In this document: in pieces, positions 18,409 to 27,020 of the stretch
How the letters are laid out: every line of letters starts with the position of its first letter
Numbering within the stretch: the first letter of the stretch is position 1
Source: Candidatus Limiplasma merdipullorum
GTDB lineage: Bacteria; Bacillota; Clostridia; Christensenellales; Aristaeellaceae
NCBI GenBank assembly: GCA_018711955.1
Contig: DVHQ01000243.1
Coordinates: forward strand, 1 to 35,238
Length of the DNA: 35,238 nucleotides
Direction: 5' to 3'
Program-made: the position numbers and the translations under genes
Notes under the pieces: model-generated
Databases searched by the model: none
What the model was told of the DNA's origin: nothing
Seen by the model: only the letters and a program-made list of their open reading frames with translations

Positions 18409-19068
18409 TCAGCGCTTGGGCACGGCCACGCCGCCGGTCTTGTAAATGTGCCGCGCGGGCACCACGCCGCGCACGCAGGAGAGGGGGTAGACGTTGCTTT
18501 CCCGTCCAATCACCGTGCCGGGATTGAGCACGCTGTTGCAGCCCACCTCCACGAAGTCGCCCAGCATGGCGCCGAATTTTTTCAGGCCCGTTTCCACATT
18601 TTCTCCCTGACCATGCACCACCACAAGGGATTTGTCGCTTTTCACATTGGAGGTGATGGAGCCCGCGCCCATGTGGGAGCGGTAGCCCAGAATGCTGTCC
18701 CCCACGTAGTTGTAGTGCGGGGTCTGCACATTGTCAAAGAGGATTACGTTTTTCAGCTCCACCGAGTTGCCAACCACGCAGTTTTCCCCCACCAGCGCCG
18801 ACCCACGCACAAACGCACAGTGCCGCACCTCCGTACCCGCGCCGATGATGCACGGCGCGCCCAGATAGGCCGTGGGGGCTACCGTGGCCGTGCGGTGCAC
18901 CCATACCTGAGGCGATACCTCGGCGTACTGCTCCGGGTCCAGCTTCGGTCCCAGCTCAAGAATCATCGCCCTGATGCCCCCAAGCGCCTCCCAGGGATAG
19001 GTAAATCCCCTGAGGTACTCCGCCGCCAGGGTATGGGTCAGGTCGTAAAGCTCTTCGATGGTATACAT
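18409..19068 (-). CDS. hexapeptide-repeat (left-handed beta-helix) transferase, GlmU C-terminal-like
   Basis: 219 aa with repeated [LIV]G-x4 hexapeptide periodicity (IGAGTEVRHCAFVRGSALVGENCVVGNSVELKNVILFDNV...). AAGGAGG upstream. Confidence 0.7.
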   Translation of the reverse strand: MYTIEELYDLTHTLAAEYLRGFTYPWEALGGIRAMILELGPKLDPEQYAEVSPQVWVHRTATVAPTAYLGAPCIIGAGTEVRHCAFVRGSALVGENCVVGNSVELKNVILFDNVQTPHYNYVGDSILGYRSHMGAGSITSNVKSDKSLVVVHGQGENVETGLKKFGAMLGDFVEVGCNSVLNPGTVIGRESNVYPLSCVRGVVPARHIYKTGGVAVPKR

Positions 19069-19166
19069 GCGTCGTTCCGCCTCCTTACAAAACCTCTCCG
19101 TTCAGCTTTCCCGGTGGAGCGTCTTTTCTTTCAATGCCCAGCGTGCGGGCCTGGCGCTCCGCCGGT

Positions 19167-20531
19167 CTACGCCTTTTTCCGGCGCGCCAGCATGGGAAAC
19201 GCCTGTTTCCAACTCACCTGCCGGCCCAGCCGCACCACATAGCCCGAAAACAGGAAAAACAGGAAATTCAGAATGCTGTAGCTGTCCACAAACAGGTAAT
19301 GTTCCAGCATGCCCTGCACAAACAACGCGGCCGGCAGCAGCACCAGCAGCTTCTGCGCAGGACTGATCCCGCCATCACGGACAAACAGAACCCGCACCGA
19401 AGCCGAGGCAATCCGCCAGGTCAGCCACAGCGCTGCCATAAGGCCGGGCACGCCGGTGAGCATCAGCGTCTGCAAAAAGGAATTGTGCATGTGATTGTAC
19501 AGCATATCGGCGTTTCTGTTCACCGCCGCCATCATTTCCAGCTCATCAAAGCCCTTGAGCAAGGCCAGCGGATGCTGCGCAAAGGTGGCGGGGACGGCGC
19601 CATATACGCCCGTACGGCCCGTAAGTGTGGTCAGGTCCGCCAGCAGGGATCGCTGAGCCAGCTCCTGCTCGCCCTCGCTGGTGGTGGAAACCACCTTCAC
19701 CGCAGCCCCGAAACCCGCCACGGCCACTACCGCCACAAGGGCGACAACGCACACGACCTCTATGACTCGCCGCCATTTGACAGGAATGGGCAGCCGCTGG
19801 AAACCGACCACCACCGCAATGACCACGCTCAGCAAAAAGGCGATCATGCCCGTGCGCGAATCCGACAGCGGCAGCGCCATAAACAGGCCTGCGCCCGCCA
19901 CGGCCGCGGGAATCAGCACCCAGGGCTTCCAGTGGCTCACCACCAGATAAATCAGCATGCACAGGCCGCACAGGCTGAGCGCCGCGGTAAAGTTAGGATG
20001 CTGGCCCAGGACATACAGCCGGCCATCCTCCATGATGCCGAACTGGCTGTCAAAAAACGGCACGGGAATCACCTCGCCGCGGAGCGCGGCAATCACGCCC
20101 AGCCAGCATACCGCCGCGATCACCGCGGTGAGCACCGCGGAAATGCGGTCCAGCGCGCGGCGGCCCTTTTCATCTTCGAGCATGGCCGCAAAGGGAAACG
20201 CCAGGCCGTAGGTCGCCGCCATGCAGACGATGCGGTACTGGTTGTAATCATATTGCAAATAATGGTCCCCGTTGAGGGCTCGCGTAAGCACGTACCAGGC
20301 CGCAAAAACCAGCCCCAGACCATAGACCCGGTCCGCGTGGTACTCCCCGCGGTAGAGGCAGATGCCTATCAGGCCAAAGGCCAGCGCGGCTCCATAGCCT
20401 TGTACCAGCGCATGACCCCGCTCGTAGGTCAGCAGGCCCAAAAGCATCGCAAACGAAAAAAACATCGCCGCCAGCCAGCGCGCGTTCCACAGGCGGCGCT
20501 CTGCGCGCGTGCGCAGCGCTTTCTCACTCAT
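19167..20531 (-). CDS. O-antigen ligase / polymerase (Wzy_C) family membrane protein
   Basis: ORF 19167..20615. I prefer ATG 20531, preceded by GGAGGGAAAGGG. About 10-12 TM segments. A loop with HMHNSFLQTLMLTGVPGL is typical of the O-antigen ligase family. Confidence 0.7.
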   Translation of the reverse strand: MSEKALRTRAERRLWNARWLAAMFFSFAMLLGLLTYERGHALVQGYGAALAFGLIGICLYRGEYHADRVYGLGLVFAAWYVLTRALNGDHYLQYDYNQYRIVCMAATYGLAFPFAAMLEDEKGRRALDRISAVLTAVIAAVCWLGVIAALRGEVIPVPFFDSQFGIMEDGRLYVLGQHPNFTAALSLCGLCMLIYLVVSHWKPWVLIPAAVAGAGLFMALPLSDSRTGMIAFLLSVVIAVVVGFQRLPIPVKWRRVIEVVCVVALVAVVAVAGFGAAVKVVSTTSEGEQELAQRSLLADLTTLTGRTGVYGAVPATFAQHPLALLKGFDELEMMAAVNRNADMLYNHMHNSFLQTLMLTGVPGLMAALWLTWRIASASVRVLFVRDGGISPAQKLLVLLPAALFVQGMLEHYLFVDSYSILNFLFFLFSGYVVRLGRQVSWKQAFPMLARRKKA

Positions 20532-20640
20532 GCCCTTTCCCTCCCTGTCGTCTCGCGGTGTACCTGCCGCTCCGTTCACGGGCAACGGTTTTGCCTCAGG
20601 GGCCACACGCCGCATTCTGGGTGAAATTTCCAGTCAGCTT

Positions 20641-20669
20641 ATTATACCAGAATCATCCTTTCCGGGCAA
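20641..20669 (-). promoter_or_regulatory. candidate sigma-A promoter for the O-antigen-ligase-like gene
   Basis: Minus strand: TTGCCC, 17 nt, TGgTATAAT. Confidence 0.55.
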
Positions 20670-20679
20670 ATCGCTCCCG

Positions 20680-21192
20680 TTATAGCCGCGCCGCCCGCAA
20701 TACCAGCCCGCCGAACAGCCCGGCCACCCACAGCCCCGTCAGACACCACTTGGCCGCCGTAACCGCGGCCGCCATTTGCACCGTCCCCTCTTGCCTGCGG
20801 CCGGGATAGGCGCTTACGGCATGGGCAAGCAGCGCGTTTTCCAAAAGGTCCGCCACAGCCCGCAGGCAGGCCGCCGCGTCCATGGCCGTGGGCAACGGTG
20901 CCAGGCCGGCCATGCTGTTGTGCGCCGCCGCTGCCATAACGGCCAGCAGCGAGAGGCTCAGCCCCGTATCAGCCCACCACAGGCGCATCAGCTGTGCGCG
21001 TCCCTTAGCGCCCAGCCGGTCCAGCCCGTCAAACAGCTCCTGCGGCGTATAGTGAAAACGCATGTCCGGGCACTGAAAGTCCGCGTCCAGCGCGCGCAGG
21101 GCGGGCATCTGCCGCCGGCTTATATACCATCCGGCCAGCGCAGCCCCCGCCGCGCCCGCAATGCCCACCGCCATCCACAGCGCCGTGCTCAT
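20680..21192 (-). CDS. hypothetical membrane protein (170 aa)
   Basis: Internal ATG 21192 of ORF 20680..21552 overlaps the stop of the upstream kinase-like gene (ATGA). The product begins with a TM helix (MSTALWMAVGIAGAAGAALAGWYI) and has further hydrophobic segments. No family recognised. Confidence 0.55.
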   Translation of the reverse strand: MSTALWMAVGIAGAAGAALAGWYISRRQMPALRALDADFQCPDMRFHYTPQELFDGLDRLGAKGRAQLMRLWWADTGLSLSLLAVMAAAAHNSMAGLAPLPTAMDAAACLRAVADLLENALLAHAVSAYPGRRQEGTVQMAAAVTAAKWCLTGLWVAGLFGGLVLRAARL

Positions 21193-22025
21193 GCCTGCTT
21201 CTCCACGTTCACGCCCAGGCGCGTGCAGGGCACCCGGCCCGCCAGCAGGTCCGTGATGTGGTAGCGCGCATGGCCAATGATCACGTTGGTGCCGTGCTCG
21301 ACCGCGCGCATCGCAAACGCCAGCTTGGCGCGCGCGCCGTTGGCTCCGGTGCGGCTGGCGCCGCTGCAATGGCCCATCAGCTCCGTCACGCGGGCCCGCA
21401 CCTCGGCAAGGTCCCGGCCGCTGACCAGCTCCACCAGCGTATCGGGATCGTTGCGGTCCAGATAGATGCCGTTGGTGCTGGTGAGCAGAATCAAATTCCT
21501 GGCCCCCACCAGCTGCGCCACCACCTCGGCGGTTTCGTCGTTGTCCACGCACTCCACCACCTCCACGCCCTCGGCGCGGCGGCTGGCAAGCTCCATCTTG
21601 CGCACCTCCTCGTCGCTGACGGGGTCGTTGTAGTTGATGATGGGAATGACCTCCTGCGCGGCGGCACGCAGGAGCATCCGGTGTATATGCTCGCGGCGCA
21701 GCGGGTCGTTAAAGTGCGTATGCTCCACCAGCACCTGCCGGATGCCGTATTCGGGGCGGATAAACTGGCGGTAGGTGTTCATCAGGATGGTCTGGCCCTG
21801 CGCGGAATAATCCACCTTGTCCTGCTCGGTCACGCCGGTCAGCTCATGGCCGGTGCGCTTGAGATAGTCCAGCCGTCCGATTTCGGTGGCGCCGCTGGTC
21901 ACCAGGATCATGCCCGGTCGAAGATCGCCGCCCAGGCGCTGAAAGATGTTGTAGTCAATGGCGTTTTCATCCTTCTGAATCAGCGCCATGCTTCCGATTT
22001 TGACCACCAGGTCCAGTTTTTCCAT
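21189..22025 (-). CDS. amino-acid kinase family protein, divergent glutamate 5-kinase (ProB)-like, no PUA domain
   Basis: VVKIGSMAL N-terminal glycine-loop region, LVTSGATEIG, IPIINYNDPV, and VDNDETAEVVAQLVGA (compare ProB GDNDxLSA). It has an insertion relative to ProB, and the GTGGMxTK loop is replaced by SRTGANGARAK. Confidence 0.65.
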   Translation of the reverse strand: MEKLDLVVKIGSMALIQKDENAIDYNIFQRLGGDLRPGMILVTSGATEIGRLDYLKRTGHELTGVTEQDKVDYSAQGQTILMNTYRQFIRPEYGIRQVLVEHTHFNDPLRREHIHRMLLRAAAQEVIPIINYNDPVSDEEVRKMELASRRAEGVEVVECVDNDETAEVVAQLVGARNLILLTSTNGIYLDRNDPDTLVELVSGRDLAEVRARVTELMGHCSGASRTGANGARAKLAFAMRAVEHGTNVIIGHARYHITDLLAGRVPCTRLGVNVEKQA

Positions 22026-22044
22026 GCCGCTCCCTTCCCTTCCG

Positions 22045-23460
22045 TCAGCCCTGCGGCTGCTCTGTGAGCACGTTCATCCATTGTCTCTTTTTAAAATGCG
22101 GGATGCCGACCGCCATTTTGACCGCTTCCTCCAGGAAGGTGCAGGCGTACACCCATTCCAGGGGCCAGTGAAAGACCAGCGCAGCCAGGCCCGTGCTGGT
22201 CACGCCCACCAGCCACAGCGTGCCCACATCCAGGCACAGGCTGAACAGCGTATCGCCGCCGGAGCGGAGCACGCCCACAATATTGATGGTATTGAACGCG
22301 CGGAACCAGATGGTCAGCGCGCCCAGCATCAGAATGAACTGGGCCTTTTCCCGTACCGGATAGGACAGGCCGGAAAAGATGTTGACCAGCGGCCAGCGCA
22401 CGGCGATGACCAGAAGGCCCAGCGCCACGCCAGCAGCCACCGCGCCCGCCATCATGCGTTTGGCATACAGATAGGCCCGTTCGCGGTCGCCCGCGCCGAG
22501 GGCCTTGCCCACGATGATGGCCGTGGCATTCATCAGGGCGAAGATGGCGACCCACACCAGATCGTTGATCGTGGTGCACACGCCCATGGTGGCCACGGCA
22601 GCGTCGCCCATGCGGCCGTAAAAGACGCTGTACATGGTCGTGCCGACGCCCCAGAGCCCCTCGTTAAAGATAACGGGCACAACCGTTTTGCTAAAACGGC
22701 CCACGAAGCCCTTTTCCTGCCGCAGCCACTCGGAGGGCCTGGCCCCGGCGGGCAGGCGCATGCCATAGGAGAAGGCCACGTTCATGCCCATAGACACGGC
22801 GGCGGAGATGACCGTAGCCAGCGCCGCGCCTCTGACCCCCATGGCCGGGCAGCCCAGCTTGCCGAAGATCAGGGCGTAGTTGAGCACCGTATTGGTCACG
22901 ATGCTGGCAAAGCCGGACAGCATGGGCAGATAGGTCTTTTCCGCCGCCTTGAGGGTGGCGGCGTAGACGTTGTCCACCGCCGTGAAGAGGTAGCCGAACG
23001 CCACCACGGACAGGTATTCCACCGCACGGTCAAAGCTCTCTCCCTGCGGCAGAAACAGCGATATGATCTGCCGTGGCATCAGCAGCGACACGCTCATAAA
23101 CACGGCCGCCACAATGAGCACAAACATCATCGTCAGGCCCATGGTCTGCCGCATGCGCCGGATATCCCGCCCGCCCCAGTACTGGCTGAGGAAGATCGCT
23201 CCGCCCGTACAGGTGCCGAAGCTGAACAGGTTGAACATGAAGGTGACCCGGTTGGCCTGCGTCACGGCGGAGTATGCCGCGTCGCCCAGGCCGCTGACCA
23301 TCAGCCCGTCCACAATGTGCAAGGACGCGGTCACCAGCTGCTGGATCACCATCGGCAGCGCTACCACCAATACGTTGCGGATGAAGGGCCTGTCCCAGCG
23401 CAGACTGTCCCGCAGAAGCCGGAAGGCGCGGACGGGCAGGGAAACGACATTGCGTAACAT
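22045..23460 (-). CDS. MATE family efflux transporter
   Basis: ORF 22045..23580. I prefer ATG 23460, preceded by AAAGGA. 12-TM layout. N-terminal IRNVLVVALPMVIQQLVTASLHIVDGLMVSGLG is typical of MATE (NorM/DinF-like). Confidence 0.85.
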   Translation of the reverse strand: MLRNVVSLPVRAFRLLRDSLRWDRPFIRNVLVVALPMVIQQLVTASLHIVDGLMVSGLGDAAYSAVTQANRVTFMFNLFSFGTCTGGAIFLSQYWGGRDIRRMRQTMGLTMMFVLIVAAVFMSVSLLMPRQIISLFLPQGESFDRAVEYLSVVAFGYLFTAVDNVYAATLKAAEKTYLPMLSGFASIVTNTVLNYALIFGKLGCPAMGVRGAALATVISAAVSMGMNVAFSYGMRLPAGARPSEWLRQEKGFVGRFSKTVVPVIFNEGLWGVGTTMYSVFYGRMGDAAVATMGVCTTINDLVWVAIFALMNATAIIVGKALGAGDRERAYLYAKRMMAGAVAAGVALGLLVIAVRWPLVNIFSGLSYPVREKAQFILMLGALTIWFRAFNTINIVGVLRSGGDTLFSLCLDVGTLWLVGVTSTGLAALVFHWPLEWVYACTFLEEAVKMAVGIPHFKKRQWMNVLTEQPQG

Positions 23461-23544
23461 GGGTCGATCCTTTCCGGATGAAGCCATTCTATTCCGGGCG
23501 AACACAGGCAGAACCGCTCCCTCCGTGCTTCGCCGCGTCTTTTT

Positions 23545-23574
23545 ATGATACCATGACACGGGAAGCAAAGGCAA
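23545..23574 (-). promoter_or_regulatory. candidate sigma-A promoter for the MATE operon
   Basis: Minus strand: TTGCCT, 18 nt, TGgTATCAT. Confidence 0.4.
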
Positions 23575-23635
23575 GCGCAAAGCGAGAAAAACGGGAAACG
23601 GGCGGGCGCTTCCTCCCCCAAGCCGCGCCTCTGCC

Positions 23636-23788
23636 GGCCTGTGGGCCTGCGGATGCGACGCCTCCGGCGTGATGTATTCCGAGAAGAAACCCTATGGTAC
23701 CTACGGCGGCGCCGCGATCGGCTTCGCGTACATCTCCGGCCGTCTGGCGGGCGGATATGCGGTGGACTATGCGGCCGACGTGCAGTAA
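23636..23788 (+). pseudogene. C-terminal remnant of an FAD-dependent dehydrogenase (KstD / fumarate-reductase flavoprotein-like)
   Basis: The open frame reads GLWACGCDASGVMYSEKKPYGTYGGAAIGFAYISGRLAGGYAVDYAADVQ*. This resembles the conserved C-terminus GLYAAG...G..YPG.G..iG.a.tFGyiAg of these flavoproteins. There is no upstream body (an in-frame stop lies at 23546). Its own terminator follows. Confidence 0.45.
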
Positions 23789-23845
23789 CCGGCCGAAGCG
23801 CTGCCCCGTGAGCTGAGGCGCGCGGCAAAGCGGCATCACCAACCC

Positions 23846-23896
23846 AACCTCCCGGCACGGGGACGGCCTTCGTCCTGGCGGCCGGGAGGTTTTTTG
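23846..23896 (+). terminator. intrinsic terminator downstream of the gene remnant
   Basis: AACCTCCCGGC ... GCCGGGAGGTT (11-bp stem with an inner GGACGG/CGTCC hairpin) followed by TTTTT. Confidence 0.7.
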
Positions 23897-24004
23897 GCGG
23901 TACGGCATGCCCCGAAAAGAAGCAGGAATTTTTCTCCGCGCTCACGAACTGTCATCGTTGAGGCGCGGGCGCGCCCCTCAATCGCGAAAAGAAGGCGAAA
24001 AGCC

Positions 24005-25675
24005 ATGGATTACCGGCAGGAATATCAGCGCTGGCTGGCGCGTGTGACCGATGAGGAACTTCTTGAGGAACTGAGGGGCATGGACGAGGCGGCCATCGAG
24101 GACGCCTTCTACCGCGACCTTGCCTTTGGTACCGGCGGCCTGCGCGGCGTGATCGGCGCCGGCTCCAACCGCATGAACGTCTATACTGTCGCCAAAGCTT
24201 CGCAGGGGTTGGCGGATTACCTCAAAAAGCGCTTCTCCGCTCCTTCCGCCGTTATCGGCTACGACAGCCGCATCAAAAGCGATGCGTTCGCCCGCGTGAC
24301 CGCGGGCGTGCTGGCCGCAAACGGCGTGCAGGTTCACTTCTGGCCACAGCTCACCCCGGTGCCCACCGTGTCCTTTGCCACGCGCTGCCTCGGCGCCTCC
24401 GCGGGCGTGATGATCACCGCCTCCCACAACCCCGCCCAATACAACGGCTACAAGGTCTACGGCGCGGACGGCTGCCAGGTGACCGTTGAAGCCGCCTCTG
24501 AAATTCTCTCCGAAATCGAAAAGCTGGATCTCTTTGACGGCATCAAACGGGCTGATTTTGACGCCTGCCTGCGGGAAGGACGGATACAGCCTGTCCCGGA
24601 CGCCGTTCTCACGGCCTTTCTGGAGGCGGTGAAGGCGCAGTCCGTGCTTTTCGGAGAGGAAGCCCGCAAGGATATCGCCATCGTCTACAGCCCGCTCAAC
24701 GGCACCGGCTATGTGCCCGTCACTCGCGCGCTGAAGGAGCTGGGCTATACGCATCTGACCCTGGTGGAGGAGCAGCGCCTACCGGACGGCCACTTCCCCA
24801 CCTGCCCCTATCCCAACCCGGAGATCCGGGAGGCCATGGCGCTGGGCATCGCCTATGCCGGCCGATGCGGCGCGGACCTGCTGCTGGCCACCGACCCGGA
24901 CTGCGACCGGGTGGGCGTGGCCGTACGGGACCCAAGCGGCGGATATGCGCTGCTCTCCGGCAACGAAACGGGCATGCTGCTCCTGGACTACCTCTGCGCC
25001 CAACGCACGAAGCATGGCAGAATGCCCGCAGACCCGGTGATGATCAAGACCATCGTGACCACGGACATGGCCGAGCGCATCGCGGCGCACTACGGCGTGA
25101 AAACCATCAATGTGCTCACCGGCTTCAAGTTCATCGGCGAGCAGATTGGCCGCCTGGAAGCGCAGGGCCGCCGGGACAGCTTCGTGTTTGGTTTTGAAGA
25201 AAGCTATGGCTATCTCTCCGGTCCCTATGTGCGGGACAAGGACGGCGTAGGCGCGGCCTGCCTGATCTGCGAAATGTTCAGCTTCTACGCCAGCCGCGGC
25301 ATTTCTCTTCTGGACAGGCTGCATGAGCTCTACGGCGTCTATGGCTACTGCCTCAACACCCTGCACAGCTATGCCTTTGACGGAAGAGCGGGCTTTGCCA
25401 AAATGCAGGCCGTCATGCAGGCGCTGCGCGCCGGCGTCGCATCCTTCGGCGGCAAAAAGGTGCTCCGCCTGATGGACTATGCCACAGGTCTGGACGGCCT
25501 GCCCAAGTCCGATGTGCTCAAATTCATTCTGGAGGACGGCTGCACGCTCGTGGCGCGCCCCTCCGGCACCGAACCCAAGCTCAAGCTCTATCTCTCCGTC
25601 AGCGGGGAAAGCCGGGAAGCGGCGGAGGAGACAGAGCAAAAGATCCTGAAAAGCGCAGAGGCCCTCCTCCACTGA
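24005..25675 (+). CDS. phospho-sugar mutase (alpha-phosphoglucomutase/phosphomannomutase, PgcA-like)
   Basis: ORF 23894..25675. I prefer ATG 24005. FGTGGLRG, active-site Ser loop TASHNPAQYNGYKVY, Mg site DPDCDRVG, and sugar-binding loop GNETG. Confidence 0.92.
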   Translation: MDYRQEYQRWLARVTDEELLEELRGMDEAAIEDAFYRDLAFGTGGLRGVIGAGSNRMNVYTVAKASQGLADYLKKRFSAPSAVIGYDSRIKSDAFARVTAGVLAANGVQVHFWPQLTPVPTVSFATRCLGASAGVMITASHNPAQYNGYKVYGADGCQVTVEAASEILSEIEKLDLFDGIKRADFDACLREGRIQPVPDAVLTAFLEAVKAQSVLFGEEARKDIAIVYSPLNGTGYVPVTRALKELGYTHLTLVEEQRLPDGHFPTCPYPNPEIREAMALGIAYAGRCGADLLLATDPDCDRVGVAVRDPSGGYALLSGNETGMLLLDYLCAQRTKHGRMPADPVMIKTIVTTDMAERIAAHYGVKTINVLTGFKFIGEQIGRLEAQGRRDSFVFGFEESYGYLSGPYVRDKDGVGAACLICEMFSFYASRGISLLDRLHELYGVYGYCLNTLHSYAFDGRAGFAKMQAVMQALRAGVASFGGKKVLRLMDYATGLDGLPKSDVLKFILEDGCTLVARPSGTEPKLKLYLSVSGESREAAEETEQKILKSAEALLH

Positions 25676-25696
25676 GCGGGGCGTTCCCTTTGCTCT

Positions 25697-25738
25697 GCCG
25701 CCGGAGTCCCTGTTTTGCAGGGCGCTCCGGCGTTTTTT
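25697..25738 (+). terminator. intrinsic terminator after the mutase gene
   Basis: GCCGCCGGAG ... CTCCGGCG with an inner CCCTG/CAGGG stem, followed by TTTTTT. Confidence 0.75.
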
Positions 25739-25811
25739 CTTGCAGCAAGGCCGCCCCCACATCTTTTTGCCCGGTAGTTCACTTTTTGCGATATATAAAT
25801 AGAATATCCGG

Positions 25812-25840
25812 TTGAATTTCTTCCAAAACGCAACTATGAT
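25812..25840 (+). promoter_or_regulatory. candidate sigma-A promoter of the ABC / two-component operon
   Basis: TTGAAT, 17 nt, TATGAT. An AT-rich tract (GATATATAAATAGAATAT) lies immediately upstream. Confidence 0.6.
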
Positions 25841-25898
25841 GAACACAGATTGAATCAGCTGTTTCACAAAACAGCAAGTGAAGAAAGGGGAATCATCC

Positions 25899-26912
25899 AT
25901 GAAGAAGCTGTTTGCCTTGTTCCTTTGTGCCATCATGGCCCTGAGTGTGGCCTGCGCCACCGCCGAAACCGCCCCCGAGGAAACCGGCAAGCTGGTTTTG
26001 TACAGCCCGCTGACCACTTCCATGATTGAAAACATGCTGGCCATGTTTGAGGCCGATACCGGCATCAAGACCGAGTGCCTCGCCATGGGCACGGGCGACG
26101 CCCTTAAGCGCATCGCCGCCGAAAGCGAAAATCCCCAGTGCGATATTCTCTGGTCCGGCACCATCGGCACCGTGAAAAACAGCAGCCAGTATTTCCAGGA
26201 TTACACCTGCGCCAATGAGGACGCCTTCTATGAGCAGTACCGCAACGTGGAAGGCAACCTCACCCGCTTTGACTGCGTTCCTTCCGTTATCATGATCAAC
26301 ACCGACCTCATCGGCGACATCGAGATCAACGGCTATGCCGACCTGCTCAACCCCGAGCTCAAGGGCAAGATCGTCTTTGCCGATCCTCAGGCTTCCTCTT
26401 CTTCCTTTGAGCACCTGGTCAACATGCTCTACGCCATGGGCACCGACGGTCAGCCCAACGGCTGGGATTATGTGCGCGAATTCTGCAAGCAGCTGCCCAA
26501 CGGCTGCGTGAACAGCTCCTCCGCCGTGTACAAGGGAGTGGCTGACGGCGAATACGCCGTGGGCCTGACCTTCGAGCAGGGCGCCGCCACCTATGTATCC
26601 CAGGGCAACATCAAGGTCGTTTACATGGAAGAGGGCGTTATCATCCGCGGCGACGGCGTCTATATCGTCAAGGATTGCCCCAACCTGGACAGCGCCCGCA
26701 AGTTTGTGGACTGGCTCACCAGCTATGACGCCCAGACCTACATGAACGAGACCCAGTTCCGCCGCACCATCCGCACCGACGTGCCCGAGACCGACGCCAT
26801 GCAGAGCATGTCCACCATCAACGTGATCACGGATGATGAAACCATCGCTTCGGAAAACAAGACCGCCTGGATCGAGCAGTTCCAGGAGGCCCTGGTGGAC
26901 GCCGCCGAGTAA
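25899..26912 (+). CDS. ABC transporter substrate-binding protein (Fbp/Pot/Thi-type family-1 SBP)
   Basis: ORF 25878..26912. I prefer ATG 25899 after GAAAGGGGA. Signal peptide MKKLFALFLCAIMALSVACATA. LVLYSPL start and overall iron(III)/polyamine-type SBP layout. The substrate is not inferable. Confidence 0.75.
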   Translation: MKKLFALFLCAIMALSVACATAETAPEETGKLVLYSPLTTSMIENMLAMFEADTGIKTECLAMGTGDALKRIAAESENPQCDILWSGTIGTVKNSSQYFQDYTCANEDAFYEQYRNVEGNLTRFDCVPSVIMINTDLIGDIEINGYADLLNPELKGKIVFADPQASSSSFEHLVNMLYAMGTDGQPNGWDYVREFCKQLPNGCVNSSSAVYKGVADGEYAVGLTFEQGAATYVSQGNIKVVYMEEGVIIRGDGVYIVKDCPNLDSARKFVDWLTSYDAQTYMNETQFRRTIRTDVPETDAMQSMSTINVITDDETIASENKTAWIEQFQEALVDAAE

Positions 26913-26931
26913 TCCTTTCCACGCTTTTCAA

Positions 26932-26988
26932 GCTGCTGTGAATGCTGCCGGGCGGCAGGCCCTACCCCTGCCGCCCCTTCACAACAGC
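26932..26988 (+). other. strong intra-operon stem-loop after the SBP gene
   Basis: Outer stem GCTGCTGTGAA / TTCACAACAGC (one mismatch). Inner perfect 10-bp stem GGGCGGCAGG / CCTGCCGCCC. No strong T-run. Confidence 0.6.
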
Positions 26989-27020
26989 TTCTTTCATTAT
27001 CTTAAAGAGGTGTGCAACGT

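Noticed and set aside
23361-23945. 194-aa (and nested 121-aa) minus-strand ORFs in the MATE / phosphoglucomutase intergenic region
   Set aside because: The products are Arg/Pro/Ala-rich and low-complexity. The ORFs overlap the MATE promoter/start and the + strand terminator. The + strand flavoprotein remnant gives a better explanation for the open frames here.
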